A DNA stretch of 64,000 nt from Octopus vulgaris (lineage: Eukaryota), in contig OX597818.1 of the NCBI GenBank assembly GCA_951406725.2, positions 31,558,001 through 31,622,000 of the forward strand, read 5' to 3'. Both the position numbers and the translations under genes were made by a program. Positions 27,179 to 41,584 of the stretch are shown one piece after another (the stretch's first letter is position 1; each line of letters begins with the position of its first letter). The notes under the pieces were generated by a model. That model did not search any database. It was given only the letters and a program-made list of their open reading frames with translations, and had not been told where the DNA came from.

Positions 27179-30100
27179 GAAATGAAAGATGTTTCTGAAA
27201 TGAAAGAAGAAAAAATTTCAAAATCTAATTTTTTTTACACTTTGTTTCCCCTTTGCCATTCGTAGTCTTTTCCTTTTCTCCATGAATAGTTTGTAATGTT
27301 TGTTGTCCATCGATTTGTTGTAGAAAACAGTTCGCACCATCCGACTCAACTAAGCCTTATAATATCTTCACCAATACTACTGACAGTAGGCGCATCATAG
27401 TCATCAATATAATCTCTATTAACACATCATGATGAAAGCATCTAACCCCCACGTCCTACCCATATTATAAAATCTAGTCGTCTCTACCATCATCACCATC
27501 TCGATTTACAGCTTTATCACCCACATCACTGGCCTTATATTTATAAAAGATCGCGTCTTCAACCCCCAACGCAATGAAGTCAACAACACACACACGTCTT
27601 TCCTTATCCAACCCTATATCCCATCTGCACTGAAAGGCCCATTCTATGACTCATTTGCTTAGTAATAGAAGTTTGTCCATTTTATCGTTATTTCCGTTGT
27701 TTAGGTTTTAAAATCCCACTAGGGTCACAAGCATGACATCGAATCCCATTAAACATTACCTTTTATAACCTACTTTACTATGTGGGTGCAAGAGCGGGCG
27801 AGTGCGAGATATTCTCAGCTTAAACATTTTATTCTGTTCCTCTTTACTTTATCCGTTTTCCATTCCGTTTTTGTTATCATTCTCCATTTTTTTTTTTTAT
27901 CTCTCGCGTTCTTTAACCTTCTTCACTTTCTCGACTCATTTTCATATTCACTTGCCCCATGTTTGTTCCTTTTGTTTCTTTTGCAAATAATATCATAATT
28001 ATTTTTCTAAACTTAACAGCTTATCTTCCTTCATTTTTTTTTTTTTTCCCTTTCCATTTTCCACTTCCTCTCTCTTTTCAGATCATCATTGTCTTTCACC
28101 TCTCCTTCCCTCCCGCCACCGTGATTTTCATTCATTCTGTGTGTTTAACATTATTATTCACTAGTTTATCTCTTCCGTTCTTATGTCATAGCAATGACTA
28201 CATCTGCTGCATCAGTGCAACCAGCAATAAACCGAACATAAAACGCAAGCAAAAAAAGAGCTGCAGTAACACGTTAAACAGATACTTCGTTGATTAAATG
28301 TTCTTACAATACAAAACCATTCAGAGGTGCCAAAGACAATATTTGCTTTTCTTTGGAGATACAAATCTCTGGTCTGGATAAGTGACTAATAATAATAGAT
28401 TATAATTCACTGATCATTTTTATTTTTATTTTTTTTACTTCTGCTTATTATTTATGCTTGTTATTTGTGCTTGTTTTTTATTATTATTTTTTTATTAGAA
28501 TTTGATTTTGGCTTTGTATTATGTTTTCTTTTGTTTTTCATATTTTTTCAAGAAAAATATTGCACTCACTGTTTTTCGATTATGTGATTAAAGAAGCAAC
28601 GTATAAAAGAAAACAAAAACAATACATATAGGAATGCGTAAGTGACACACACACACACACACGCACATACGCACACACACACACACTCACACACAGTACA
28701 CAAAGATATGCACACATTCTCACACACACACAAACACACACAAGCACACAAAGATATACACACACTCTCTCACACACTCACACAACCACACCACACACAC
28801 ACATATCTTAACATATTCATTAACATACACATATACACTTCTTCAAATATACATAAGATACACACACACACATACACAAACACACACACACATATTAAGA
28901 ACTTGTCTTAGAATCCTTGTCACTGGGAATAACTCTATAAGGAACATAAGCGTCGTGAAGAGCCTCCATAATTTTAGGAAAACACTCATCATTAAGATCC
29001 CTCACCTCGAAAAGTGATAATATATATATATTCAGAGTGTGTGTATGTTTGTATATGTGTTTATGCATATTTGTATATGTATCAAAATGTATCAATTTGT
29101 ACTAGATATCTAGAAAAGTTGATGCATAGATATCTGTGTGTAAATACATACATACATAAATAAATATGCATGTGAATGCATGATTATTCACATATGCATA
29201 CGCATGTATTTAGATGCAAAACAGCGATATAGAAGGGGGTCGTTCATAATCGAGGAAGCAGAAACGAAACTATTTGACTGATCACTAGCATTCTGAAAGA
29301 TAAACAGATCGGTAGATAAGAGGAATCTAGACGTGATTTATTTTCCAGATCTTTCCTCAAATACGAAAGAAACATATGCAATACTAGTGTTAATGTCATA
29401 AACTTATTCCTACTACACCATAACAGTACAAAGAATTGCAGGTGGATATCGCACGAAATATATTGTTGCTCTTGTACATTGATGACAGATATTCGTATAC
29501 ATCAATTCCGCCATAACAATATTTCATGTTTTTCATGCAACATGTTCGCGAGTATAAAGAATATAAAGTGATGTATCTATATCATTAAACAATGCACGTA
29601 TTGTCACAATGGGAAATAAGTTTATTTGTTGGCAAAGGAAAATGCTTTCGAAGATTGGATTCTTCAGATGAATACACCAAAACATTTCTATCGTAAAGAA
29701 ACCTCGTCATACAAGATTGATGTAATTTTTCAGGGATATTTTTAGTATATTTCTTGGATCCCGAAAACAGATAATGTTAATTCAATCTCTATATAATGTG
29801 ATATGAAAATAAATATTATCCACTACATTGTTATTTAGTAAATAGCATTTTCCAGAGTAATCTACAGGTTTGATCGAATCCATCACCTTTCACGCTACAA
29901 TAAAATTTCATTTCATTACAATAAAAGTGCAATAATTTTCTTCAAATCTAGGTTCGTTATAACCAAACCCAAAAGAAAAGCAAAATCATCGTTGACAGGA
30001 TTTGAGCTTTGTAAGGAAAGAAATGCAACTGTTTATTGAAGATCAGCCACGCTACCGTTTCAGTACCTCTTCTGCATTTGATATAATAAACTTCACAATT

Positions 30101-30485
30101 GCATCAATAATAAACTTCACAATTACATCCCTATATAGGGATTCTCTTTTTCCTGTTACCAATACTTCAACCATGTAGCTGCACAGACATTTAGATTTAC
30201 ATACATTTATTTCTGCTCCTGTAGTAACGAAACGTGTTAGTGAAGCTTAAACAAGTAACGTCACGAATAGAGAGGTTTTAGATTTGCTGCGGTGAATTCC
30301 TTGGCAAAATTGTAATCTAATCAACCTTTACCCGCTGGCGGAGTGTTCAAAACTGAAGGTATGGTATTGTTTTAACTGAAATTCGAAGACCACATTAAGA
30401 ATGAGAGATGCTAACTATCTCTTCTTAGCCATACAAGTAACGACATTCATAAGAAAGACCTCATGCATCATTTTGAAATGCTTAC

Positions 30486-30588
30486 CTGTTCGTCACCAAA
30501 CTTTGTGAAAAGTATAATGTTCCAGTCATACATTTTTATTGAAATTCTTGCGCAAAAGATTTTCAAACAGAACTTAGTTTCTATGGAT
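30486..30588 (-). other. Candidate 103-nt exon (one open frame: SIETKFCLKIFCARISIKMYDWNIILFTKFGDEQ)
   Basis: Acceptor atatcatttcattttag and donor CAG|gtaagc; the other two frames hit early stops; no homology recognised. Confidence 0.4.
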
Positions 30589-30848
30589 CTAAAATGAAAT
30601 GATATTAATCAAATAATATTTATCAAATATTTATATATAACATACAATGGACTGAGTGAATTGACAAAAAGAAAAATAACCGGACAAACGACCAGATACG
30701 CTGACAAATGTACACACCCACACACATACACTCAAGTGTGTGTGCGCGTGTGTGCGTGTGTGTGTGTTTGTACATGTATGTATGATTTAATGTAAGTTCT
30801 TCTTGAGAGAGTTCAAGCTGGTTGCTAACAAAGCGACGTGTATATATA

Positions 30849-30938
30849 TCATTATTCAGTTTTATTTCAAAATTACTTGTCAATAGAGAAAGAGGCGGAT
30901 TCTAACTTAGATTCAAGGTTCCTTCAGTGGAATTTCAA
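30849..30938 (-). mobile_element. Isolated 3' terminus of the (CATA)n-associated R4-like LINE
   Basis: Similar to 31343-31432 (tcattattcagttttatttcaa...caatag..aaagag.cgg.ttctaac.....tcaagg.tcc). Confidence 0.65.
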
Positions 30939-31342
30939 ATCACTATGTCAAGTCTGTTATGCGTACATTTTATTGAGGTTTTCATTGGACTATTCCACCA
31001 GTACTCCTTTTTATTTTGAGTGGTAATGGATTTCGTTCTGTTCTTGGTTGTTGATGTTGTATCCAACCATGTTGTTTGTAGCAACTCTCTGCATAGTAAA
31101 TTCAAGTTTCAGTCGAAAATTACTACGTTCTTGAACAAAAGGCTCCTCTCGGTTAATTCAACTGAAGATTAACAAGTTATTTAACACGGCTGATAATTGG
31201 GGTATAAAGTTGGAGATAGCATTCATCGTATATTCAATAGACCCCCACGCCAAATATGCGTTTTGCTCTTCGAATGTGTGATGTATGCATTATGTATGTA
31301 TGTATGTATGTATGTATGTATGTATGTATGTATGTATGTATG

Positions 31343-31999
31343 TCATTATTCAGTTTTATTTCAAGATTTCTTGCCAATAGAAAAAGAGCCGGTTTCTAAC
31401 CCAGTTCCAAGGCTCCTTTAATAGAATGTCAACAACAGCAACAAGGTATTTTTGTATGTATGTATGTATGTATGTATGCATATATGCATGTATGTATGTA
31501 TGTATGTATGTATGTATGTATGTATGTATGTATGTATGTATGTATGTATGCATGCATGTATGCATGTATGTATGTATGTATGTATGTATGTATGTATGTA
31601 TGTGTGTGTGTGTAGATTTGTATGCTTTGTTTTATGTATGTATTCTCATGCATATACCTGGATATCTAGATACGCTCATTGATTACAATAAAAGTGCAAT
31701 AGTTTTCTTCCACTCCAGGTTAAATGATAAATGTCCGGAAAGTTTTATAGATTTTTACAGTTTCAGTGATGGATTGGGTCTGTAATTTTGAGAAATCTAA
31801 TTTCTCAAGTTTGATATTTAGGCAGTGTGGTACATATCCCAGTGCCCCAATAATTACAGGTATAAACCTGAACTTGCAATCTGGCTAGAGTAGCTGCAAA
31901 TTTCTCAATAGTTCAGGGCAGATGTTTTCTTTTTGGCTGATCGTAACATCCACTGGGCAGCTGATTTCCACAGCCGTACAGTTTCTCAACTTTATCCCG
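31343..31999 (-). mobile_element. 5'-truncated R4/Dong-like RLE LINE embedded in (TATG)n/(CATA)n
   Basis: Minus strand: CTAVEISCPVDV...ELLRNLQLL*PDCKFRFIPVIIGALGYVPHCL...QSITETVKIYKTF; 3' end aaataaaactgaataatga followed by (CATA)n. Confidence 0.8.
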
Positions 32000-32014
32000 A
32001 TGTATGTATGTATG

Positions 32015-32048
<34 letters not shown>

Positions 32049-33015
32049 TGTATGTATGCATGCATGCATGTATGTATGCATGCATGCATGTATGTATGTA
32101 TGTATGTATGTATGTATGTATGTATGTATGTATGTATGTATGTATGTATGTATGTATGTATGTATGTATATATGTATATATGTATGTATGTACTCTGTTA
32201 CTTTCTTTCTTTTCTATATGTATCAGTCATTAATTTTCACGTCATTCATAGTTTTAGTTGATCACATCAACACCAGTAATAGCTTCACTATGATAACTAT
32301 TCATCGAATTCTATTATTGCTCTTTAAATAAAGATGCTATCAGTTCGCTCGTTGTAAATATAAGATCTTTTGACGGAGCAGAGATACTTAATCTTAGCAA
32401 TTTATACCTCCTAAACACACTTTAAGGTAAGTTAATGACCACTTATGTCCGTACGTATTGAGATGACGGGTTGATACATTCACAGACATGAGTAACTATA
32501 CAATAGACACATTTAGAAAAGAATTAATCAACACTCTTAACAATTTCGACGTGAAAATGACAATAATTAGTATTAACTTGAAGTTGTTTAATGTCTTAGC
32601 CATCACACTCAAAATTACCATAAATATACCATGACATTATGATTCAGTCCTTTATCTCTTAAAACACTAAATCTAACACAGTAAAGAAAATTTAAACCTT
32701 TATAAAAAATCATTTTCCAGTTAGCCGTATTCAATTATTTTACAGACATAATTAAATCTAAACTGATGTGTATCTACATACATACATACATATATGTATA
32801 TATGATTGTGTGTATTGTGTATAAAATATGTTTCTAGGCTTTCCCAAATATAAATTGAAACTTATACAGCCTTATATTTTTATGCCTTTCTAACCGCCAT
32901 TGACTTTTGCAGGGTTTCTGAAACTTGTACTAGTAGTATTAGCAGCAGCAACAGCAGTAGCATTCGTCGTCGTAGTAGTAGTAGTAGTAGTGGTGGTGGT
33001 GGTGGTGGTGGTGGT

Positions 33016-33124
33016 GGTATTCCTCTCTCACATTCACACACTTATAGCAGCCCTTCAGTTTTTCTAAGCCCTGTAAAAGAACTCGGAAGGTTGGGCCTCC
33101 AGCCTGGCCTTTCACGACACCCAT
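33016..33124 (-). mobile_element. Possible mariner transposase C-terminal remnant
   Basis: LQGLEKLKGCYKCVNVREEY resembles the mariner end motif (GI.KL..RW.KCV...G.Y); short match. Confidence 0.35.
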
Positions 33125-33823
33125 AAAACCAGGAACTCTTTAGCATATGTATATGAAGGCAAGCCACACTTGAGCCTACCTAACAAAAAAACAAAAAAAC
33201 AAAACAAAAACACCCACAAGATTGTTTCCAAAATTCTACATGCATAAATAAAATCGAAACAAAAGCATAACGTAACTTAATCAGTTAAAATTTTTCCAAA
33301 GACCTCTCAATAACGACCTTATTTTCACTCCACTCAAGGCCACACACCCAAAGTGATATTAACTCAACAGAGACTATATAAAAGTAAGCCTAACGCTAAT
33401 GCATCGCACTCTGACTATGGCTTAGCGGACCGAAACTTTGAAGTCACTGACAACATCATTCTTGTTGACGAATAATAAATTTCTACTTTGTTTTTATTTT
33501 ATAGAATACTTAAAGGCAATGGTGTATTGACATGTAATTTAGCCGAACTAATGTGACGAATAGAAGAAGGATAGCAAAAAATCGTGACTCGGGCTGTTGT
33601 AGTTGTAGGTGGTAACGCATAAAGACAGGGAATTAGTCTTATGCCTGTCACATATTTTTAACGTTTGGATCAGAGATGTTTCCATTAAAGGTTCGCAAGG
33701 GGCATGTTTTAATGATATTAAACCGGATGATATATATATATACCAGACAAAATCTATAACTAAAAGTTTGAACAATTACTTTATCAGAATCTTCAAGGTG
33801 ACAAGCAAATTACGAAAAAAAAA

Positions 33824-33883
<60 letters not shown>

Positions 33884-34233
33884 CTTTGATTGATATACTC
33901 GCTTCTTGTTTTATATACAACCCAGATAATTATTTTTTCGACGCTGAATTTGAAATCACTATTTAGATATATGAAATAATGGCTACGCTAATGAAGAGAA
34001 TACTTTACAGCGTTTAGTTACATCCCTTTACATTCAGGGATCAATTACAATCTTCTAACTTGACCAACACGTTGCTCTTTCTTGATTTATATATATTTTA
34101 TACAGAGCTCTACTAACACGGTTCTGTTATTGCAATTACTCGTTCGTCGTCTGGTTAATTTACACTATTCTTGTTCAATTTTCTCAGAGCATCAAATTGC
34201 TTTCTTTCTCTCCAGATTGATTATATATATACG

Positions 34234-34268
<35 letters not shown>

Positions 34269-34276
34269 GCACACAT

Positions 34277-34312
<36 letters not shown>

Positions 34313-34323
34313 TTTTTTGTGTA

Positions 34324-34372
<49 letters not shown>

Positions 34373-34802
34373 CCATATACACGCGCATATATATGTATAC
34401 ATGCATATATATATATATGCATGTATATACATATATATATGTATATATATATAATATATGTAGAATATAGCATACATACATGTATATATATGTGAATATA
34501 TATATACATACATATATATATGTATATATATGTATGCATGTATGTATGTATGTATGTATGTATTTATGTATGTATAAGTAACTATTTACGTTAATAATTT
34601 GCCACTCAACTTGACTATGTGTGTCCTGTATGGTCTGGCTTCTTTTAATTCGCTGAAAGATATCAAGTGTTATTGAAGACGTTTCAATTACATAGCAATG
34701 CTGTCTCATTACAATTATATAGCAACGACTTTCATCGAAATGGTGATTTTCATGTTCAAACAGCTAAAGTTTGTAGCCAACGAAGGAAAGGGAAATGGAA
34801 AT

Positions 34803-34908
34803 ACCACCACCGCCGCCGACGCCGCCAAAACCACCACCCAAACCCCCACTATCGCCGCCGATGCTGCTGCTGCTGTTGCTGCTACTACTGCTGCTACTAC
34901 TACTGCTT

Positions 34909-35007
<99 letters not shown>

Positions 35008-35027
35008 ATAATAATAATAATAATAAT
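34803..35027. repeat. Compound (GCC/GCT/ACT/AAT)n triplet repeat
   Basis: Direct inspection. Confidence 0.95.
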
Positions 35028-35255
35028 ATTTCTAGCAATGGCACAAGGGCTAATATTTTTAGTGGTTGGGGGCTAATTGATTTACATCAATGCCAGTGCT
35101 CGACTGGTTCTTTTTTTATCGACACCGAAAGGATGAAAACCAAAGTCAATATCAGCGGAGTTTGGACAGACAACTTGAAGTCTGAAGATTTGCGGTAAGT
35201 ATTTTACCCAGCGTGATAAAGACTGTGGTTGACCACCGCCTTAATGATGATGTCT

Positions 35256-35834
35256 CCATTGTAACGCATCTATAATAGAGTGAACAAAACCATTGCCCAT
35301 AACGCGAACGAATGCTCTAGACTTGCCCAAAACCACTACAAGTTGTGGCCACACGATAAAGTAGCGAAAGTGCTACTTTGGAATCTGTGCGAAAAGTGGG
35401 GGCTAGAGACAGGTAAGATGTAATGTGAGCACAAACTGCAGAGAGTGGCGGAGTCAGAGACTTGCAAAGTCCTCTGAGATTTCTCAATCCAAACAGATGG
35501 GTTGCTAGAGCATAACAGACCAGACCTAGTAGTGTTGGGCGAGAAGCACCACATATGCTATATAGGTGACGTTACATGCCCCTTTGACCCCTGAATAGTC
35601 AAGAAAGAAGGTTTAAAAATAGATAAATACAACCCTCTTAAATACAAAATAGCCCGGCCATGGAAAATGAAGAAGGTGAAGATAGTGCCAATTATTGTTG
35701 TGTCCTTAGGGACAGTATCAGAAGATATCAAGAGGAATATAAAGGATATCGGAACAGGTTGCGTAGTAGAACTGTTACAAACGACTTGCCTCCTTGGCAC
35801 GGCCAGAATAATCAAGAAAGTATTTGATAGTTGA
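35256..35834 (+). mobile_element. Decayed R4/Dong-clade LINE C-terminus (zinc knuckle remnant plus RLE)
   Basis: TIAHNANECSRLAQNHYKLWPHDKVAKVLLWNLC...KVL*DFSIQTD..LEHNRPDLVV...IGDVTCPFD...KIDKYNPL...VPIIVVSLGTV...LLGTARIIKKV; in-frame stops. Confidence 0.85.
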
Positions 35835-35847
35835 AAGGAACAGATAG

Positions 35848-36051
35848 ATCTTGTGGGAGTTTACAATCCAATGTGACTTTCTAACAGATGCCTAAAGACC
35901 AGACATTGTTGTAGTAGATACCTGGGGACGCATGCGTATGTGACAAAGAACTGGAAAGGTTGGAAAAATACAAGTTGCTAAAAGACGAAATAACATGAAT
36001 GTGGGCAATGAAAAGATTAGCCTATCATCCCAGTAGTTGTAGGGGTACTCG
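35848..36051 (+). mobile_element. Second, different RLE fragment directly downstream
   Basis: ILWEFTIQCDF..A*RPDIVVVD / KELERLEKYKLLKDEIT*MW / IIPVVVGVL across frameshifts. Confidence 0.7.
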
Positions 36052-36275
36052 AAGTTCGACATATGAAGATAAAGATCACACAACAGAACACCTAGCCCCG
36101 GAAACTTTTCCCTCGTACATCCAGCCAACGTTTCTCAGTTTTTGTTTCACAGAGATCTGCATCCATCTCTGATAGGAGCTTTATGCTGTCGAGGTTAACC
36201 AGTAAAGACTATATGCTCAGCTCCAAACGGTTGAATGAAGTGCCACTCAGATCTGCCCGGAAACGAAGTAGCTCG

Positions 36276-36326
36276 CATCCGTACGTCAATCTCAGAGGCA
36301 CAGCCTCTGAGATTGACGTACGGATG
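36276..36326. repeat. Perfect 24-bp inverted repeat with 3-nt loop
   Basis: catccgtacgtcaatctcagaggc-aca-gcctctgagattgacgtacggatg. Confidence 0.95.
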
Positions 36327-39300
36327 TGCCTCTGCTACCCGGTCCTATCGAAAAAACTCATTTTTTTCATGCATTAGAGTTAACAATCTGGCTCTGACAA
36401 TGCATCATTTGTCCTTAACATTGACGAATTGGTCAAGAGAATGTTACACCACCAGAACATGACACAATGCCTTTCCTAAGAACCTCTTCTAGGTTACTTG
36501 CCATCCCTCTACTCTAGGCTTCTGTACCATTATTTTTGCACTAAGCTTATCGACTCTGCTTTAATAGCCTACAACTAAGTCAACCGCCATCGGTTGTTGA
36601 CCATTGTTTCCGTCAATTCCCTCTTACGTAATTCTCTAATCTGGTCTCTGTGAACTTGGGGCGGCGGGAATGACGTTTCCGTTAATTAGGTCCTGGCCTA
36701 TGTAATCTATTTAGGTCGACCGTGCAGATTACTACCTCTTTCCTCCTCATGTGAAACGCACGGCAAAAAACTCAAACACTATAAAGGCTAGACCCTACAG
36801 TCTCTGAGGATCATTTTCCGGCACACACAAAAATAGCACTGTAAGAACTGTACGCAAGAAGTCAGTTTTACATTTGAAGACAAAAAGGTACTTCAGCTCT
36901 GATCGGTGGATGTATCTTAATAAACAAATGGAGTTGTTCATATTAGATACTGCTCTCATATATTCTTTTTGTTGTTGCCTTGACGTTGTAGTTGGTGGTA
37001 GTGCTGATGTTTAGTACCTTCATGAACTCTGTTGGATCAGTTTTATTATCTGTATACATTCTGTCCTTCTCAGAGTTTGAGGGACTGCATTATATGATGT
37101 GTTCTTTGTTTTTCAAAGATGCTGGAAGTGGAGTTTGAGGTAGATTTGGCAACTATATTTAGCATTACAGACGATTATATAAAAGCTACCACACTGGTTT
37201 ATGGCGCTTTAACAGATATATACAGATATTCTAGAACCCCCAACCGAAAAGAAATCATTTCACTTGTTTTCCAAAGACACACTCACCAATACACTAGAGG
37301 CACTAATTCAAATAGCCCTGCTTCTTTCTGCCATTCAAGTGCTAAAATAATAGTTTCTCTTGTGAGTCACCAAGATGTTCGCTCACTCCAAACTCCAGTC
37401 AGGGCCACCCAATACACTTCCCTCATTAACACTATTGTGACTCACCCTAAAACCCGCTCAATACATTTTCCTTAAGAATTTCTTACTCAGAATCGACACT
37501 TCTTTAGAATTCTTTCCTCAACAACCCATGTTTTCACAAGGAACATTAGCCTTTAGAAGCCATAAAGCTGAACATAAACTGCATTGATTTCACCAATTTT
37601 GAATGACCTGCAAATGCTCAGGGCACCATCCTCCTATTACTAAAAACTAATCGAAAAGAAACACATTTTCGAGCAAAAAACAATCCGACAACATTCACCC
37701 TAATAAGATAGAAAATAATATGAAAGGAACGAATATAACTCTAAACACTGCTAAATGTTTCGCCGAATTTATCAATAAACTTCGTTTTTGGATATTGTCC
37801 CCCGGTGGCGAACAAAAAATGGCTGGTCAAATAAAATAATATTTACATAAGGAAAATACAACACAATCGTTGAGCAACATAGGTCATGAGTTGACGAAAT
37901 TGTAAATCGAATCAATGAAAAGTGGATTTTACTACTTACATCTGGGAAAGGGCAGTAGTGCTATCAGTGGTTTGTTTTGCTTAGGTTCATTGGTTATTTT
38001 TTCCTTTACAAGTGTCTAGGGTAGATCCGATTGAAAATCAATTGATTTAAAATAACTTGGACACTTTGTTGTATCGGCAGTTTTTCAGTGATCGAAAGCT
38101 CGCCATTGAACAATGTATTATAGAAGATGAAAAGCAAATATAATAAGAATATATAAAACAAACTAACATATATAAATGGTATCTCGCATGACGAAGCAAA
38201 TGGAGTAAATCAGATGACACTAGCTCGTTTAGCAAACAGAATGCCAGTGTAAATAGAAAATAAACAAAAATACGCAGAATGACTTACTTAAAAGATACAA
38301 ATAAATATTTTTAGTTTTTCTCTAAGATTTAATCAAGTAAAAATAAAACGTGGCACCAAAATACACGTACCAACCGATATATCGTGATTTTGTCGAAATT
38401 CTGTCTGTTCAAGTACTACCAGAAAATTGGACTCTGCACCAAAATATCTATTGAACACTAATTATATTGTTATAATTGAGTATTTTAAGGCTGAATCAAA
38501 CATCTATTGCTGTAATTAGTTATATCACTTCATGTTTTTAGTCGAAATACAGCTGGAGACATCTTTCTAGTAATTCTTCGAGATAAAATAAGTGCCAGCT
38601 AAGTACCGGATTTGATTCAAACAATCGAACGTCTCCAAAATCTGGTTATGTGCCAATGTTAGGAATCAATACATCGCTACATGACAAGCAGAATCGATTA
38701 TCTTTATGAAAGAGACACCGTTTTTTGTTTTATTGTTTTCCCTCACAACTTTGCTGCTGCGGTCCAGATATTCAACGTCAATTACATTCACTTATACTCC
38801 TCAGAAATACAGGAAGAGCTATTTCCTTCTTGTAAAGTCTGTGTACGAAGAACTAGCCATAGTAGTTGCACCCCAAATTAATAAGGTTGTTTTAGATAAT
38901 CAAAAATGTGTTTATTATAGACGTTCCCACTTTCTCACAAAAATAATTTCAAAAACCTCCACAAAAAACAAACTAAACATTATCAAATACGCCAATCCTC
39001 CTCCGATGATATAAAGTTTTATGCTTCAACAGATGATGCAATCAGTGGGGTGGGAGTAGGGTTGAGATTGAATGCCTTATGCTTATTTAATTACGTCCTC
39101 ACACATCCTGAGTTCAAATATGGCAGAGTCGGAAAATCAATTCTAGCCTGTTCATTCTGTTTCTTTTATATTTAATTGGCTGGTGGTGGGGTATATTTGT
39201 TAGACGATCAGATCCCTGCATTTATGAGAACCTTTGTGCAATGATTGGTCAGAGAGTCATATTCAATATTTTTCATTTAATTAATTCTAACATCACTACA

Positions 39301-39649
39301 ATGGCTGAAACTTTTGGGAAGGGTTAACCAATTATATCGGCCCCAGCATTCATATTTGACTTTAACAATCCAGATTGATAAAAGCCAAAGTTGACCTCGG
39401 TGGGATGAACCCAGAATATAAAAAAAAAAAACAGAATCAATAATCCCCCAAAATAACATAAATTCAATTTGGATGTAAATTTCTACAGCATAACATCAAA
39501 AAATATTGATGTCAAGGTATATAACGGAAACATATTGCGACTGAAGAAATGATGCTGCCAAAATAGTTTCATTCAAAATTTGGTTCCACAACTTTTAGTA
39601 AAATATTATATTGTAAAGTAGCGTTTTAAAAGAAAAAAATTAAATTCTT

Positions 39650-40100
39650 CCTCCTTCAGGCGCAAGGACTGAAATTCAGATTGCATGTCGATTGCATGGT
39701 GGCATTCTTTCGTAGTCTGTGAATTTATTGCTGAATAACCTGCACTTATGAATGTTTATTTCACGAAATGTGAAAGAATCAAAGGCAAAATCAATCTTGG
39801 GGAAATCTGAACTCAGGACGTAGAGAGCCGGAAGAAATAGCGATTAAACAGATTTGTCATACTAATGATTTTACCTGCTCGCAATTTTAAAATTTATTGA
39901 CTTCAAATTTTGGCACATCGTCAGCAATTTCGGAGGTGGGGAAAAGTCGATTGCATATTCAACTGGCACTTATTTTATCGACCGAAAAGAATGAAGGTAG
40001 ACTCGACTTCGGCGGAATTTGAACTCAAAACGTAAAGATGGATGGAATGTCATACATATTCGCCGGTGTGCTAACGAAACTAGCAGCTCGCCGCCTTCAC
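39650..40100 (-). mobile_element. Diverged SINE family A-related copies
   Basis: ctcgacttcggcggaatttgaactcaaaacgtaaag...ctaacgaaactagcagctcgccgcc. Confidence 0.65.
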
Positions 40101-41351
40101 CGTTTTAAAATTATTATCAAATGATAGTATTAGACAGAATAAAATCTTTAGGAATATATTGGCCAATGGGGCCAGCCGATTTGCTACATGTGGCAGGAAA
40201 GACTCCCTTAAGCCAGTCTTGGCAACTTACAATAGATAATATAGTCCTCAACACACTCTCGAAAAAGAAACCAGAATATGGTAACAACAAAAATTCCTTT
40301 GACTGATCTTAGACCTTCTGAATAAGGACTGATCTAGGATTAGAAAGGAACAACAATTATACCCATTTTAAAAACTAAAGTAGCGTTGTTTAACCCAAAG
40401 TCAGATCTGATCAAACAGATGGTGTTCTATTCAGAATTATCCTGCCTGATAAGAGATCTGTTCAGTTAGAGTGTGCATCATAGCGTTTTTTAAAGTCATT
40501 AGGGTGTGTCTTGAGTGAGTTTTAGCTTCCATTTTGAAGGACTAGTTAGTCGTCTTGACTAGGTTACTGAAACTTAATGTGAATATAAGAAAATAATAAG
40601 ATGATCTGGTGAAGTTGTTTCGAAAGAAAGGGTAACAAGCAGGACGTGATTCCATCGAGGTGGAATGCAGAGTATTTGCATATCAATATCTCGCCAGAGT
40701 CAACAACATACTGTGCATCATAGTAGTTAGATGACCATCAAGAGAGTAACCGTGTCGGACAATGTGGATGCTGCAGCTGCAGTTTCATTCGTTTTGGGGG
40801 TGTAGAGTTCATGTGCGGAGTTTCAGTGGGAATACAAATTCGCATGTGGTCCCCGATTATATGCAAACACACTTTGATCCGTAGCAGCTCATCTTGCCCT
40901 GTATTTTCGACCGTTGCGAAGGATTCCCCGACCAAGTCACTGCTGATTATCATGTGTATTACCCACTTTCTCCAAATATTTATATGTATACATAGATACA
41001 TACAAATATTATACACATATATGCAAACGTACATACATACAAGTATGTATGTACGTATGTATGTATGTGTGTGTGTATGTGTGTATACGTGTATGTATGT
41101 ATGTATATATGTATGAATGTATCTATCTATATATATATATATATTTATATATGTAAAAATATATATATATAAGAAATACAAAATGGGACAAGAACGCAAA
41201 ACTCCCGGACAGCTAGGTGATACAAAAAGGGAGAATAAAACATCCAGATAGACGATACAGAGAGAACAAGGACGGGTCATTCGAAGTTTTCTTTCTTCAG
41301 TCAAGCACCAGCTTATCCTCGCAATTTCGGCTGGTTATTCTTGAGATTGCT

Positions 41352-41448
<97 letters not shown>

Positions 41449-41584
41449 CGTTCTCCATGTTAGGCCACTGAAATCTACAAGTCTGTTTTTTCATTTTTTC
41501 CTGAGCGTCAAACTAATACACTTGCTTGTTGTTCATACATCTACCTTCGTCCTTTGATTTTCAATAAATTTCGACTTTATATAT

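Noticed and set aside
36540-36760. Possible RTE-X 3' remnant on the minus strand
   Set aside because: Similarity (RRPKFT...ELTETMVNNRWR) too weak to call by eye
40738-40985. Moderately GC-rich segment with ORFs on both strands
   Set aside because: No recognisable motif or convincing splice sites; probably a decayed repeat
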